Below, piece after piece: positions 10,994-24,785 of a DNA stretch of 64,000 nt. A program made the translations under genes and the position numbers. The notes under the pieces are model-generated. The model was not told the DNA's origin, made no database searches, and worked only from the letters and a program-made list of their open reading frames with translations. Each line of letters starts with the position of its first letter. Positions within the stretch are counted from its first letter, which is position 1. Source of the DNA: Raja brachyura (taxonomy: Eukaryota); NCBI GenBank assembly GCA_963514005.1, contig OY740811.1, forward strand, positions 27,838,001 to 27,902,000. Reading direction: 5' to 3'.

Positions 10994-13626
10994 ATTCAAA
11001 AGATCACCTAATATTCAACCAATCAGCAGTACCCTTACCGGTCAACACTTTAATAAATGAGCATCCAGAGCAACATGACACCAGACTGGATAAGACAAAG
11101 AAACCACCTGCTGTTAACCTCAAAGTCACAAAGAAAACTTTGCAAACTACTCCTAAGTGTTGACATATTCCAGCTTTGACTCTTCATGCACCAGTACTTA
11201 TTAAAAATGTGCTAGTTTTTCCCTCAAACTTGGAACTCCAATTGCATGTTCTTAAAGCTTTTACAGAGCAGACCTGACTTGTGAATAGACAAAGTGTTCA
11301 TATTACTTTTCTATGAGCTATTTTTATGCAGGTATTAACATGTTTCTTTCAAAGGGGTATCATGCTTGCAGAAAAATGTGTACAATATGGATATATATAT
11401 TAAGAATTTGTACAGAAAACCTGTGCATGGGGATTTTTATACTCCTGGATTATTAGTGCCAAATTCACATTTAAAATAATTCCTCATTATGAAAAATAGG
11501 AATCTCAGCTGTACAGATACCGTGGAGTCGGTTTTAACCTTTGAGGTACTTAACATTTTAAGAGATTAATCAAGCTGTAGATAATCATGTTCTCTGGTAG
11601 CTTGGTAGACACTGAAATCTGTAAGGAACCTGAGTGCCTTGTTTCTCCAGTTATTTTTATTTAAGTTATGTTGGCCAGAACTCAGAATTTCTGCCAGGAC
11701 AAAGTCAAAAAGTACTGTATTCTGCATGTAATTGCCTGTCTGCTTTCAGGTTTCTTAACCTTCCAATCCTACCTCACTCTCATCATGGCCCCAAATAAAT
11801 AAGGGAGCCCAGGTGTTATTTGTGGAACCAGGATTTGTTTCTGTTGTGACACTGTGCCAGCAATGGTATGATTCCAGAAGTTCCAAGCTTAAAGTTGGTG
11901 TAGTTTACTTCTGATGTTCCAGCAGCTTTTAATCTGATTTTTAACATCCGTCTCTGCCACACTATTTTAATCAGACATTCCAGATGTAGCAGAAATATCC
12001 ATCAATAACATTGGAGGAGGGGAGATACTGTAAATAACTACACTCTGTACTTCAGAGAATTAAATGGCTCCACCTACCACACAGGTTTTTATTAATTCTA
12101 CTTCTGGAGGCATTTGCCACTCATAACTTAGGCTTATTTTGTGGAATTCTCAGACAGGGTCACATTCAGATGTATGGTTCACATATGTATAATCTAGGGG
12201 ACTAATGACACACACGTCTCTCAAGTATGATCTAATGACGGGATGTCTATCCCCAAATCTGCAATTTGTTCTTGCAGAGGGTGCAATGTCTACTACATTG
12301 TTCCAGTTAAATGAAAATAAGCAAGTTCAGCTCAGGTTTAGTTTACCAGGGAGAGGCATTTGGTTACACATCATTTTATAGACATGGGGTTTCAAGATTC
12401 TGTGATTTGCAAGTTGGATTGTTTACACAAGAATAAATATAACACCGGGAAAACAGTGTTGCCATTTGTGCCCAAGAAATGTAAAAGTCCCTAAAGATTG
12501 GGTTTGGTTCATTCTTGAACAAACACAAATCTGGATTATTTTAGATGACAAATGTGATTGCACTGACTCCACACGGAGAAATTCTTTTAGTTGATCACAG
12601 ATAAATCCTTAACTGCTTTCATCAAAATAAACATTCCAACTGAAGTAACAATAAACTTACAACGCAAAATGAATCATTTACAGAATTAACTGCTGATAAT
12701 AATAATTGATAATTTAATACACTCAAGTTACATTCCCCTGTCAATGCCTTTATTAATGTTGCCTCAGCATTGGTCATACAAGCTTGTTAAGCATTCATCC
12801 ACAACAGTGACAACATTCTTTGGTTACACAAACTACATTTTGAGGATAAAAAGTGGTTAGAAAACAATGAGTGGGAATGGGTTGGAATTAACCAAATCTG
12901 CCCCAACTTTACCATTTGACTTAAGTTTGTAATATCTGCCTGATTCCATATGATAAGGTACAATGAATTCAAAAGGCACTATTTATTAAGGGTTAGTTAA
13001 GTAAAACACAATCTACTTAGACAGTTTTATTTACTGATCGCCCACATATATTTGAGGATTAATATTTGACAATTAATATTTCAGTCATTAAAATTGGAAG
13101 CTATTGTAGATTGCAAATTGCCTTTCAAATAAGATATACCTGAGAAATGTGTAGTATGATCCCAAAATGTAATCTTTCCTTTCACCCTTTCCTTGGAATT
13201 ACATGGTAATATTCATTTGGTAAAATCAACCTTAACATCAGATTTTTAGCCTTGGTGCTTTGCTAAGACTGAAATTGCACAGACTGGTACTTTCTCAAAA
13301 GTCTGGCATTGGCAGCCTAAAAGTGGGCCTGCACACACTTTCTCAGAAGCCTGCCACTGAATAGATCTCAAGACAGCTTAAACCAACAGTCTATTCTTAA
13401 CAATACACCTCAGGATCTTGAACAGGGTCAGGGCATTGCACTCCGAATCTAAAATTCAGTCCAGTGAATGAAATGGTGTATATATGAATACTACATGGCA
13501 CATTTAGAATCACTGACCAGTGATAAATTTCCAGGCAGGCATCTTTCCAATTCAAATTAGAGCTATACTGACAAAAAGAGGGAAGCATACTTGCAAGTCC
13601 AGAGCTTGCAACGCAGATACTCCAAT

Positions 13627-15130
13627 AAGTAAGTTTATAGGCCAAGTATTCACATACAAGGAATTTGCCTTGGTGCTCCGCCCACAAGTAACAACATGAC
13701 AAACAGTGACAGTTACGAATGACTCAGAAAACACTAAACATTAATAATAATAAGACATTAATGATAAAACGCCATTGATCAAGCATGTGATCCAACAAAA
13801 TACCAGATCAAAGGGAGGCTACAGATTTCTGCCTGTTGAGTAGAGCAACTACTCTTGGATAAAATTGTTTTTATGTCTGGCTGTGGCAGCTTTGACAATC
13901 CAGAGTCACCTTCCAGAGGGAAGTGATTCAAAGAGTTTGTGGCCAGGGTGAGAGGGGTCAGAGATGATCTTGCCCGCTCGCTTCCTGGCCCTTGCAGTGT
14001 ACAGTTCATCAATGGAGGGAAGGTTGCAGCCAATAATCTTCTCTGGCGATCGGATGATTCACTGCAGCCTCCAGGTGTCGTGCTTGGTGGCTGAGCCAAA
14101 CCAGACCATGATGGAGAAGGTGAGAACAGACTCTACGATGGCCATGTAGAATTGGACCATCATTGCCTGTGGCAGATTGTACTTCCTCAGCTGCCGCAGG
14201 AAGTACATCCTCTGTTGTGCCTTTTTGACTGTGATGGTAGCCCCCCACTTAAGGTCCTTGGAGATGATGGTTCCCAGGAACTTAAAAGACTCCACAAATG
14301 TGACTATGGTGTTGTTGATGGTGAGTGGGGTGAGGGGAGGGGGAGCTCTCCTAAAGTCTACAATCAATTCCACTGTCTTAAGAGCATTGAGCTCTAGGTT
14401 GTTGCTACAGCACCAGGACGCCAGCTGTGACACTTCCTGTCTGTAGGCAAATTCCTCCCCATCCTGGATCAGTCCAATCAGGGTTGTGTCGTCCGCAAAC
14501 TTGAGAAGCTTTGCAGAGGTGTCGGTGGAGGTACAGTCGTTGGTGTAGAGAGAGTAGAGGAGAGGAGAGAGTACGCAGCCTTGCGGTGCTCCTATGCTGA
14601 GTGTTTGCGGGTCCGAGATGTGCTTTCCCAGCTTCACATGCTGCTTCCCCTCCGTCATTAAGTTGGTGATCCACTGACAGAGGGGTTCAGGCACAGTCAA
14701 CTCAGAAAGGTTGGAGTGTAGTAGCTCTGGCATTGAATGCAGAGCTAAAATCAACAAACAGGATCCTCGCATAGGTCCCCTGACAGTCCTGGTGCTGGAG
14801 GATGAGGTGCAGGCCCAGGTTGACTGCATCATCCACAGATCTATTAGCCCGATATGCAAACGGCAGAGGGTTCAGCAGGGAGTTTGTGATATTTTTCAGC
14901 TTGGCCAGCACAAGCCTTTCGAGTGTCTTCATGACTACAGAGGTCAGTGCGATAGGCCTATAATCATTAAGACAAGTAATCCTTGCCTTTTTGGGTACAG
15001 GGACAATAGTGGAGACTTTGAAGCAGGCAGGGACAGTACATGTTTGCAGGGACTGGTTAAAAATGTCTGTATAGATCAGTGCCACTGTTTGGCACAGAGC
15101 TTAAGAGTAGAGGGGGAAACATTGTCAGGT
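13627..15130 (-). mobile_element. Rex1/Babar non-LTR retrotransposon, 5'-truncated, frameshifted RT
   Basis: ORFs 14702-15085 ([19 protein letters not shown]) and 14059-14859 (GAPQGCVLSPLLYSLYT, KFADD) overlap in different frames. aagtaag tail near 13627. Confidence 0.9.
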
Positions 15131-15606
15131 TATGATTATGTCATCCCATCAGGAAATGGAGAATTTTTTTTAAAATTTGGAGTCCCTTATGCCTCAGATA
15201 CCTCAAACCCACATTCTAATCAAAGGCCTGCAGGCCTCTGCTGGTATCATTGCTAGGCAGAGTCCTAAAGATCGAAGAGGTGTTAACTATGTCAAGGGCC
15301 TCGCTTGAGGACTGCAGAACAATATCACATTGAAAGGAGACCAGACATGACTAACTGTCTCCATCCTTTTTAAGTGGCTCGCCAGCATGCCTTATTGGTC
15401 TCCCATACTGGAATAAAAACTTCCAACTTCTCACCCAGTATACTACAGCATAAATTGAAAAAAATCCTAGGCGAAACCCATCTGGTATCTTTTGAACCAG
15501 TTTTGAACATGATATAAGTTTGTTTATACTTTGAAAAGTAAATTCAATGGTCTTTGGCAAGAAAAGGTGAACTCATGTTTATTAATTTAATAGTTCTTAT
15601 TCCTAC

Positions 15607-15708
15607 CTTAGTTCCATAAATTGTTATGCTCCTGTCACACAGTTTTTCAGTGAAGGCCACCATGGTGAAAGCTGCTGTCACTCCCCCCTCAAACTCCATA
15701 TTCACAAC
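15607..15708 (-). CDS. Oxidoreductase exon, last one found: VVNMEFEGGVTAAFTMVAFTEKLCDRSITIYGTK
   Basis: Acceptor tttctgccag, donor gtagga. 102 nt, inside ORF 15544..15765. C-domain beta strands ending IYGTK with no stop, so the gene continues. Confidence 0.94.
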
Positions 15709-16235
15709 CTGGCAGAAAGGTTCACTTCGTGAGAATTCAGTAATCAAACTGCAGAACTGAACCATTGTGACCTAGTTTCAGTTCTTTCTAGTTGTGTTTC
15801 ACAATACTTTCTCATTGCCTCATTTACATTATGAAGAACAGATCTGCTGTATCTCATTCAAATGGATAGTTTATTGATATAATGTAACGCAGCTATTATG
15901 TAAGGGCTGTAAGAAACCTTTGCAACCCTTGCCGTTAATCGGTGCTGAACGGATCATTACGTGCATGATGGAATTGCATAAAACATTTGAATGAGAAAAA
16001 TATTAAAGAATAAGAGGAGAGAAATAGAATTAATTTAGGTAATTCCAAGATACCAACATGGCACTTTCAATGGTGGTAATAACATGGAATTGCCTCCTCT
16101 GCAGAGGTTTCGATAGCTTTAAATTTTTATGCAGTATAAATAGAAAATATGGAAAGCCTGTACTATAGTTATATTTATTATTTGCTCTATTATAAAGTTC
16201 AAGTAAAAGTACTAATTAATGAGTAATGCAGTTAC

Positions 16236-16370
16236 CTGATGGGTGACGACATCATTGTCACATTCGTATACACATCTTCCATAAGGTCCTTCACAAAGTG
16301 CCTTAGTAACCGACTCAATATCAACATCAGCGCCTTCGCAGATAGTCGAGACAGGCCATCCTTTGTGACC
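16236..16370 (-). CDS. Oxidoreductase exon: GHKGWPVSTICEGADVDIESVTKALCEGPYGRCVYECDNDVVTHQ
   Basis: Acceptor ttgagcag, donor gtaact. 135 nt, inside ORF 16212..16457. PYGRCVY.CDNDV motif. Confidence 0.95.
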
Positions 16371-16799
16371 CTGCTCAATGGAAACAAGCAGAATCCTTAA
16401 TAACCATTTCTTCATCATCGTCAACAGCACCACAATTGCCAGGACCCACACTGTCAAACTCTGGAGATCAGACGTGATCCTGGGCTTGGATATTTAAACA
16501 AAGGCCACAAGATCAAACCAGTGGCTGGATAATCTGTAATGAGTGGCACACCTATTGACGTCTCACTGCCTCTCCCAATCAATGAGGCTTAACTGAGGAG
16601 TTTGATCATCCAATACCATTTGTTTAGATGGGTGCAGCTGGAACAACAGTCAAGAAGTTAGATACATCTATGACATAGCAAATTGGTTCTACCTATCATA
16701 TCTTGGATTGCATAGATGCAGAACGTATGATCTGCAGGTTGCTCTGCAACCACAAACTAGACGTGAATAAGAATTTCAATGACATATGCAGGTAATTAG

Positions 16800-16998
16800 T
16801 AATCTGCCTCAGAGGGCGGTGGAGGCAGGTTCTCTGGATGCTTTCAAGAGAGAGCTAGATAAGGCTCTTAAAAATAGCGGAGTCAGGGGATATGGGGAGA
16901 AGGCATGAACATGCTACTAATTGGGGATGATCAGCCATGATCACATTGAATGGCTCGAAGGGCCAAATGGCCTACTCCTACACCTATTCTCTATTGGT
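16800..16998 (+). mobile_element. CR1/HER1 LINE 3' end
   Basis: ctgcctcagagggcggtggaggcagg...gaatggctcgaagggccaaatggcctactcc, nearly the same as 33027-33225. Confidence 0.85.
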
Positions 16999-18364
16999 AT
17001 GGGTGTCATGTAACAGCATTCAATTATTTGAAATTCCCAATGGGATAGCCATTATCTCCTATTTTTAAAGGTTTTATCTCAAAACAAACTTTAACCAAAA
17101 ATGGAAAAAAAACTGGGTGACAAGAAAAGGAATAGAATATTGGCCTTTCCGGTAAACTCAAGAATTTTGGGAAACAACATAATAAAAGATAAAAAAGACA
17201 ACAAAAAAAACAGGTCTAAACCAACATCATCCATCAGTAAGAAACCTGCTTGAAATCCAGAACCATTCCCCTAGAATCAGAGAGTCAAACAGCACGGACT
17301 CCAGTTTGCAGTTTTTATGAATAAGGCTAGTGCTTCGTTGAAGCAAAAAGAAAAAAATGCAGGCCCGTGCCCCGATCGAGGCTGCTTAAATGGGGATTTA
17401 AATATTCTAATAAAAGGCTCTTCATGTGGACACCACAGGAACACTGCCCCACTTAGAGTGCAGAATGTGATACATTTACACTGACTATTAAAGGCTGATT
17501 TTTGGACAGATGCAGACCACCTTTGCTGCTGCCAACCAAACAAGGTATTGTTTCATTTGTTGTAAATTTGAAAAGACTGAATAAAGAGAGCTGACTGACC
17601 TGCTGGTCCTGCATTGAAAGTGATTTAATACAGTATGTTATCTGACACAAGAAGGCAAAAACTGTGTTTAAACAAAGTTTGGAGCCCTGCTAATTGGATC
17701 ATACAATTTCCTTTTTGGCTTTTCTATCCTATCAGGTTTGCTCTTTAAGCTGCAGTCCACCTGGTAGAAATAGTGCCAGGCTGCTACAATGTGGTAGTAA
17801 AGAGGCAGGCTTCACTGCCGGCCGCCTGAGCTTCACCAGATGTCCTCTTATACTGGCACAGACAGATCGGTCATGCTCAGCAGCTGCATGATGAGCATCC
17901 CCTTGCTCTCCTGGCAGAAGGCATGGGCTTTTGTGCTACTCTGTTGAAGCCCTGGCCTTTTGCTCTCCCATTTAGTTTTATTTTTAATGTCCATTTGTCA
18001 TTCATGCAGTATTAAGAGGCCTGCACAACTTTAATGAGCAGATGGCCACATTTGTGTAGCCTGTAAAAACTTTGAACAAAGAAGTCCTTAATTGTATGAC
18101 CTTTATATTATTAGTCTGACAAAGGCAAACCGTTTCTCCCTGGTTACAGATTTATTCCTGTGCTTTTGTTATATTGCTGTTAGTTACCCGTGTGGCTGTG
18201 ATTCTGCTAGCTGCACAAGTTTAAAAAATGCAGACTGACAAAGAGACAGTTTTATCAAGATTGAGGGACGGTTTTGGTTACCTGTACCTCAGTCAGTATC
18301 ACCATTTATATTCATGGCAACTATCTATCTATATTCAGTAGATATTAACTAGCTCAATATAGGA

Positions 18365-18665
18365 CGTAACTGAACCAAACAGCTAAGGAAGGTTTCCTGG
18401 TTTGCTTCCTGATTTGCATTGATCTAGCTTATCTCAGTAAGCAATATACCTGAGCATTTAAGTGGTCTACAGAGATGCAAATTAGGCAGGAACCCTGCAC
18501 CTGATTATCACCAACGAATCCTGCTTAGAAGTTGAATGTCAAATAAGGACAGGGTTAGGCTCATTGTGATGCCTTGGCAGGACAGAAAAGCTTGCTGACA
18601 CTCAGCATCAAGTATCACATGCAAAGAATGGCTAAGTGGGTCAAGTACCAGAGGTCAACCTGTGC
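18365..18665 (+). mobile_element. Ancient SINE, AmnSINE2/MER131-like
   Basis: aactgaacc...ggaaggtttcctgg...aggacagggttaggctcattgtgatgcc...gaatggct...gtaccagagg. Partial relatives at ~18910-18980, ~26920-26965 and ~44455-44512. Family name is from memory. Confidence 0.45.
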
Positions 18666-20199
18666 CAAACAATCTGTTCCTGCCCATCAGTTAGCTGCAT
18701 CAGATCAGGAGGGGAGATAAAATGAACCCTAAAAGAATATATTTTTTGACCCTCGATAGTCTGACCATAGCTCACTTGCCACTTTGTTATTTATGACATT
18801 AGTGTATTCTTATGTTAATTACAATTCTAATTACACAGGCCTGCCCCAACTATCACCTGCTTGTGCTGCTCAACTTCCTGAGTGAGAACAGGCACTATCT
18901 AGTAGGGTATCGAGTCATACAGATAAATAATTCACAGAAAATCCTTTGCTTGGGCTGAGTTAACTAATCTCAGATTGGGGAATATATATATATATTGCAT
19001 TTTGGTGCACTGGAAGAGTGAGGCAATCGATGAATTAGGTGGTCCATCAGAAACCTAGAAGCTCATGTCATACAAATGGTGCCTCTTTGATCCAGCCACC
19101 GTATGAACATTTCATTTCCAGTCCTTAACCATTTAGGCTGAGTGGGTCTATGGACAGCACATGCAATTCAATTTCTATTTCACAATTTAAAGGGATCTGC
19201 AAACATCATATTTGGATTCTGACATTAGAAAACGGGATGCCAACAAGCCATGGCCAGAAGCTGCAAGGAAATCACAGAAACATAAAAACTAGGAGGTTTT
19301 AGCAGATTCATAAAGGCAAAAGACTTGCATTGTAGCAGGGCACCACTACTTGATTCCAAAATGTCCAATGGCTAATAATGGGAGTGAGGGAATACAACCC
19401 CAATACTATGATGCTTGATAGGTGGAGCTTGACCAAATGTTGTGCCTTCCACCACAGTGATGAATGCTGTGGTGGATGTTTGTGTTACATTTTTATTGTG
19501 TATTGTGTGTTCTTTATCATTGTACCGCTGCTGGCAAATTCATTTCACTTACACTTTATGTGCAATGTGATGAATAAAACCGTATTCTATTATATTGGAA
19601 GAGACACCAGGGTGGCTCTGATGTGAGAGTAGAGGAGAAATGCCAGACACCTTTGATTTGACGGCCAGTGCGGGATTGCATTGAGGATATGGGATGGAGG
19701 TGTGGAGTACTTTTGGAGATTAAAACCTCCAGCAGGTGCTTCATCAGATTGTGGGTTGCAGAGGCATGTGAGCTTCTGGCACATCTGGGCAAACTATATT
19801 GTGCCAGGAATAACTGAAATAACATTGCAATGACATGATTCCATGTGCTACTCCCACAGAAGTTACATTTGTCTCACACATTAGTACCCAGAGACACAAA
19901 ACAAAGCAGAAGTGGATGTTATTGTATTTTGCAGAAGAGAAAATTATCATTTTTCAGTTACCCAAGTCTAAAAAAAATACACTATCATACATTTTGAATT
20001 TCTTGTCAAAGACTCAGCTGAGAGGAAGGAGAATCTACCAGCAATACAAAGAAGACGTGACTAGAAGCCATCACTGAAATAAAGAGGAGGCGTCTGGTTT
20101 CTTCAGATCCTTGATTCAGCACAAAAACAATTCATCACAGAGGTGTGTGGATAGTGACAAGTTCAGTTGCATCTTTATGCATTCCAACATCTTTGGTTT

Positions 20200-20880
20200 G
20201 CCTTTGTCACATTACTCCCACACATCAATCCTCTGACCACCCCCTTTTGTAGGTACATTTATCCATCTGTCAAGTACATCCTCATCTATTAAGCCAGCAC
20301 TGTAGTAACCTCATCTTAATGCAATTTCATGCTCTCCATCCATCTGTTCAACACATGCCATTCACACTTTTAATTCATCATTCAGAACCTGCAGAAAGAC
20401 AAAAACAACTACTCCTCCTTCTCAGAGGTCACTCTGAGGACACTGTCTAAGAACTCATATCCAGAACTTTAGGTCAGATACTTTAGTGCGTCAGGCAAGA
20501 ACTACAGTTTGAGTTTAACATATGGCAAAGAGAAAACTGCTCTTAGCGAGGCACAGAAGCTCACAAATTGGGCTGTTGATGAACAGAATACTTCTGGATC
20601 AACAATAAGACCAAATGCACTGACAAGCATCCTAGTCACAGCATGTACACTTCCAGAGACAATGGCGGAATCTGCCATGAGCATGAATGATATGTTGCTG
20701 GAGGCCTTTGCTATGATATCTTCTTCTACGAAGGGAATGGCCATTTGCACAAAACATCAACTTAAATTAGTCAGAGGGACATGGAAGTGGGGATTCTGAC
20801 CCAAATGCTCCCATCTTATGCGCTGGTGGCCAAAATATTAAGGGCATTAGCCAAGAGCATCTCAGCCATCAGAGCAGGAA
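20200..20880 (-). mobile_element. Degraded RTE-clade LINE fragment
   Basis: ORF 20502..20750 (LMADSAIV...AFGLIV) resembles LLFADD...FGL, followed by GHV..MD-like sequence. Confidence 0.55.
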
Positions 20881-21314
20881 TCTAAAAAGACTGCCACTAG
20901 CTCAGCTCGATTGAAGCCACATGAGTTGGTCATGCAAGATTTCTTAGAAATAAATATAAGCAGTACTTCTTGTACAATATTAGATTGTTAAGTTTCTGTT
21001 ATTTTTACTCAAACAAATATTATTCTTTGACTGACTCCACTTACAGATCTTGCACATTTTTGGTTAGAGTTTAGCAAGTGACCTTTTAAAATGCAGAGAC
21101 TTGAACAACCAGGGACGGTGCAATCGTAGGCAAGTGATTGTAAGAATCAGTATGGGGAACAGTGGTAGGAATGAAGTGAGCTTGGCACCTAAATTTCAAA
21201 TTGATTTCCTGATATAGCCTTTGAACTTAAATAATGCATGTACAAAGTCCCCATTGCAATGCTTGATAATCTTCCTCCTGCTAATCCTCTGACGAGGTTC
21301 TGTGCCTTTAGCTT

Positions 21315-21657
21315 GTCAAGTCAAGTCAAATTTATTCGTCACATGCACATACGGGATGTGCAGTGAAATGAAAAGTGGCAATGCCTGCGGACTTTGTGCA
21401 AAAAAAGCAAACAAACAACAAACAACAAACTACAAACAGAATCACATGTTTTTTTCCATATTAAATATTGTGGGCGGTATTGTGGTCCAGTAACTGTAGT
21501 AGAGTTAGTCCCTGGCGAGATAGGAGTTTACAGTCCGAATGGCCTCTGGGAAGAAACTCCTTCTCATCCTCTCCGTTCTCACAGCGTGGCAACAGAGGCG
21601 TTTGTCTGACCGTAAGAGCTGGAATAGCCCGTTGCAGGGGTGGAAGGGGTCTCCCAT
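21315..21657 (-). mobile_element. Rex1/Babar-like LINE 3' end
   Basis: (caagt)n tail and C-terminal LPSGKR...SFFPEAI-like coding remnant. A similar tail is at 7937-8045. Confidence 0.65.
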
Positions 21658-22829
21658 TATCCATTGTGTCCCCTATTGGACTAAGTTTCATGCTGTGCCA
21701 TGTCTTCAAGTACAATTTGCCAATCAGCAAAATAATTAGTAAGAGATTTTCCATTCATAAAGAATCAGAAAAGGTTCACTCTCCCAGGACAATTGTGTGG
21801 AAATAACTCTGCCACAGCATCCATGGGAAGTTCTTCAGTTGATGAACATGCCTCTGCATTCTGGGATTGTTGGTGATGGAAAATCAAGCATTCACTCATT
21901 ATCACAATCCTCATCACAATTAAGTGTTGATAAAACACTTGACAATCATTGATCAACCATTTGCCTTTATATATTTCTGTGCTGTCAACTTCGATATTCT
22001 GCAAATGTCTCTGGCACTGCATTGTAAAAATCAGGGACCATAGACTTTGGCACATTGACAGGTCCAAAAGATTTTGCTCCAAATGTTGAAAATGGGCTGA
22101 AAATGTTTGCTAATAATTGATATAAAAATCTCCTTTTCCCAAATAATGGAGTTTATGCCACGAGTAAGAGGTGCATCTCTCCTTCCCTTTACATTTAGAG
22201 GTAAATAAGGAGCACTTTATTGCTGTAGCCAATAATGTGGTGTTTATCATACCGTTTCCTTCAATTGATGCAATGGCTCACAATTGGTCACCTCTAAAAT
22301 TTGCACACAGGACCATAAATTTTACAAACTCGAGTCAGATTTTTACAAAGTTTATCCTGAGGTTAACCATCACCACCACCACCACCACCACAATATTTGT
22401 GAAAAGAATCCTTCATTGAACCACACAAGCAAATTGTTGTGAGAGTGCCTGTCAAATGTTCAACTCCTTCAATGCCACTACACTACATCTTCAATTTGTG
22501 GGCAAAATTCTGTGCAGTGTTTAATGTGTATAAATTGGAAACTTGATCCTGCTGGGGAAAGTGCTCAGATTCAGCCTCTTATGCTTGGGCTAAATGCAAA
22601 ATTTAGCCGGCTAGGAATGGCTTCTGGAAGTGGTGTTCTTTTTGTAGTATTTGTCCTCCAAGTCGCTTTCAAATCCAGCCGCAGAGAGAAGTTCTTATCC
22701 AAACAATAACAATCTAATTTTAGTCCGACCTTATTTACCTCTCCCCATCACCCCAAGAAGTCCTGCAGGCATTCAGTGTCTTCCATCGAGGTATCTTTCA
22801 TCTGCTTATTTGCTTTTAAATCTACTCAC

Positions 22830-22922
22830 ATTCTTGACACCTTCCAGGTAAAGTTTCTTGGCAGAATATGGACAGCTCTGCTCCACAGCACAATTCAAGC
22901 ATCGAGAAGCAGCACCCTCAGG
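22830..22922 (-). CDS. Oxidoreductase exon: PEGAASRCLNCAVEQSCPYSAKKLYLEGVKN
   Basis: Acceptor ctatccag, donor gtgagt. 93 nt, phase 0-0. C-x2-C-x5-CPYSA insert. Confidence 0.93.
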
Positions 22923-24448
22923 CTGGATAGAAGGAGAAAAATCTTTAGTTTATAAACGCACTTACATTATAGTACAGGAAGTTATCAACATAATTCAGCA
23001 ATATTTGTTTATGACCACAGTAAACAGAACATGATAAAATACAGTGGCCTGGAAACTTCCTCACATAGTGTCTTAATTCATAACAAGTGATATTTTATAA
23101 ACTCCTATAATAGTTGGGTAGTTGATTAACTTCAGTCCAGACTCTCCGTGCATTTGTTGTGGGCATTCACACTAGCCAATAGGAATGTGTTGTGATGTCA
23201 AATAGTTGCAAAGACAAAGGCACAAATTAACTTACAAATGGCACAGACAACTCCACAGATGCAAGCGTTGAAGACTGCTGTAGTATTAGTTACAAAAGGA
23301 CCGTAACAGATTATTTTCTATGAGATCTGAAGCATGCATCTTCTTCTAGCTAGGTTTCAATTCTAAATGTTCATTCCCACCAGCCATTTCCCACTCAAAC
23401 ATCTGAACAATCCCTGCCTGTGCCCCAAATTGTGTCTGTAACCAAATCCCTCACTCCACTTCCATGTGTAATTTCTACCTAATAAATTGCCTTTAATTTT
23501 CAATAGCCTTCCTGATAATGATACAATAAACATACCAACTAGAGGACCCAAACTTTGTTGTAAAGTCCCTGCTGACATCAGCTCAGGTGTCAATATAAAC
23601 ACCATCATTGGCATCAGCACTGCGAGATAAGTAAACAAAGAAATGAACTAGGATTGCTTTCTTTTATTCATGGACTTGTTGAAGAGTGAGGTAATTGGCA
23701 AAAAGATTCAAAGAGTAGTTAATCATCATTTGAAACAAGGAACAAAGAACAGGAGACGACAAATGGGATTTTTCTGCAAGAAACTGATGGTCTGAATGGT
23801 CTTCTCTTGTGTGATAAGTACACAAATAAATGCAAATGCAGACAAAGGATGAGAATAACATTGGGATCAGCTAGGATGTTTCTCATACGAAAAATAAACC
23901 GGATAATTCACACTCTAACGGCATGCACGTAATGTACAAACACTTAATTGTGATAAATCGTGTGTAAAGTGATTTGGGGGTTTACTATCCAATTTTATTG
24001 ATAAGGCTTTCACAAGGGATTAAACCGACCAAAATGAGATTTTAAAAGTTTGACTGAGCAAGATAGCACTGCGGAGGCAAGTCCTTCTTCTTCTGAAGGG
24101 TCTCGACCTGAGACAGCACCCATTCGTTCTATCCAAAGATGTTTCCGTCCCGTTGAGTTACTCCAGCATTTGGTGTCTATCTTCGGTGTAAACCAGCATC
24201 TGCAGTTCTTCCCTACACATGCAGTCAAGCTACCTTACTCCTTCCATCTAGAAATACAACACAACAGCTTCCCAGAGACTCATTTTATCTACGTATTAAC
24301 TGAGTTACATGACCAGGAGTATCCAAGTTAAATTATTGTATTTTGTGAACAGCCCAATTTATTGATTCTCTTGAAATCAGTTTCCTGTCTCTGTAGCAGT
24401 GATATCTTTGATGGATTTATCCAACAGGACATGTATATGAAAAGCAGG

Positions 24449-24533
24449 GGTTACACAAAAAGCTGGAGAAACTCAGCGGGTGCAGCAGCATCTAAGGGGC
24501 GAGGGAGATAGGCGACGTTTCGGGTCGAGACCC
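24449..24533 (-). mobile_element. Young ~90-bp Penelope-derived hammerhead element, copy 1
   Basis: ggttacacaaaaagctggagaaactcagcgggtgcagcagcatc...gacgtttcgggtcgagaccc. Confidence 0.85.
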
Positions 24534-24785
24534 AGGATCACTACAAGCAGAGGATGTCATGAAGCTATGGAATTACTCTTGAAGAGCAGCCACTAACACA
24601 TGCCAAATGGCTTCCTTCCACACTGTAAACTTTAATAATGTTTCGTGCAAGTGCGGAAGTAATTCAGTGGGTCAGACAGTATGTCTGGGAAACATGGACA
24701 AGTGACGATTCGGGTCGGATCCTTCTTTGGACTTTAGATAGTTTTAGAGTGTACTTGACAACAATATCTTATAATTACCACTAAC

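Noticed and set aside
14059-15085. Functional reverse transcriptase gene
   Set aside because: It is frameshifted, 5'-truncated and lacks an endonuclease. The CR1 ORFs at 46373-47318 and 53233-53814 are likewise disrupted.
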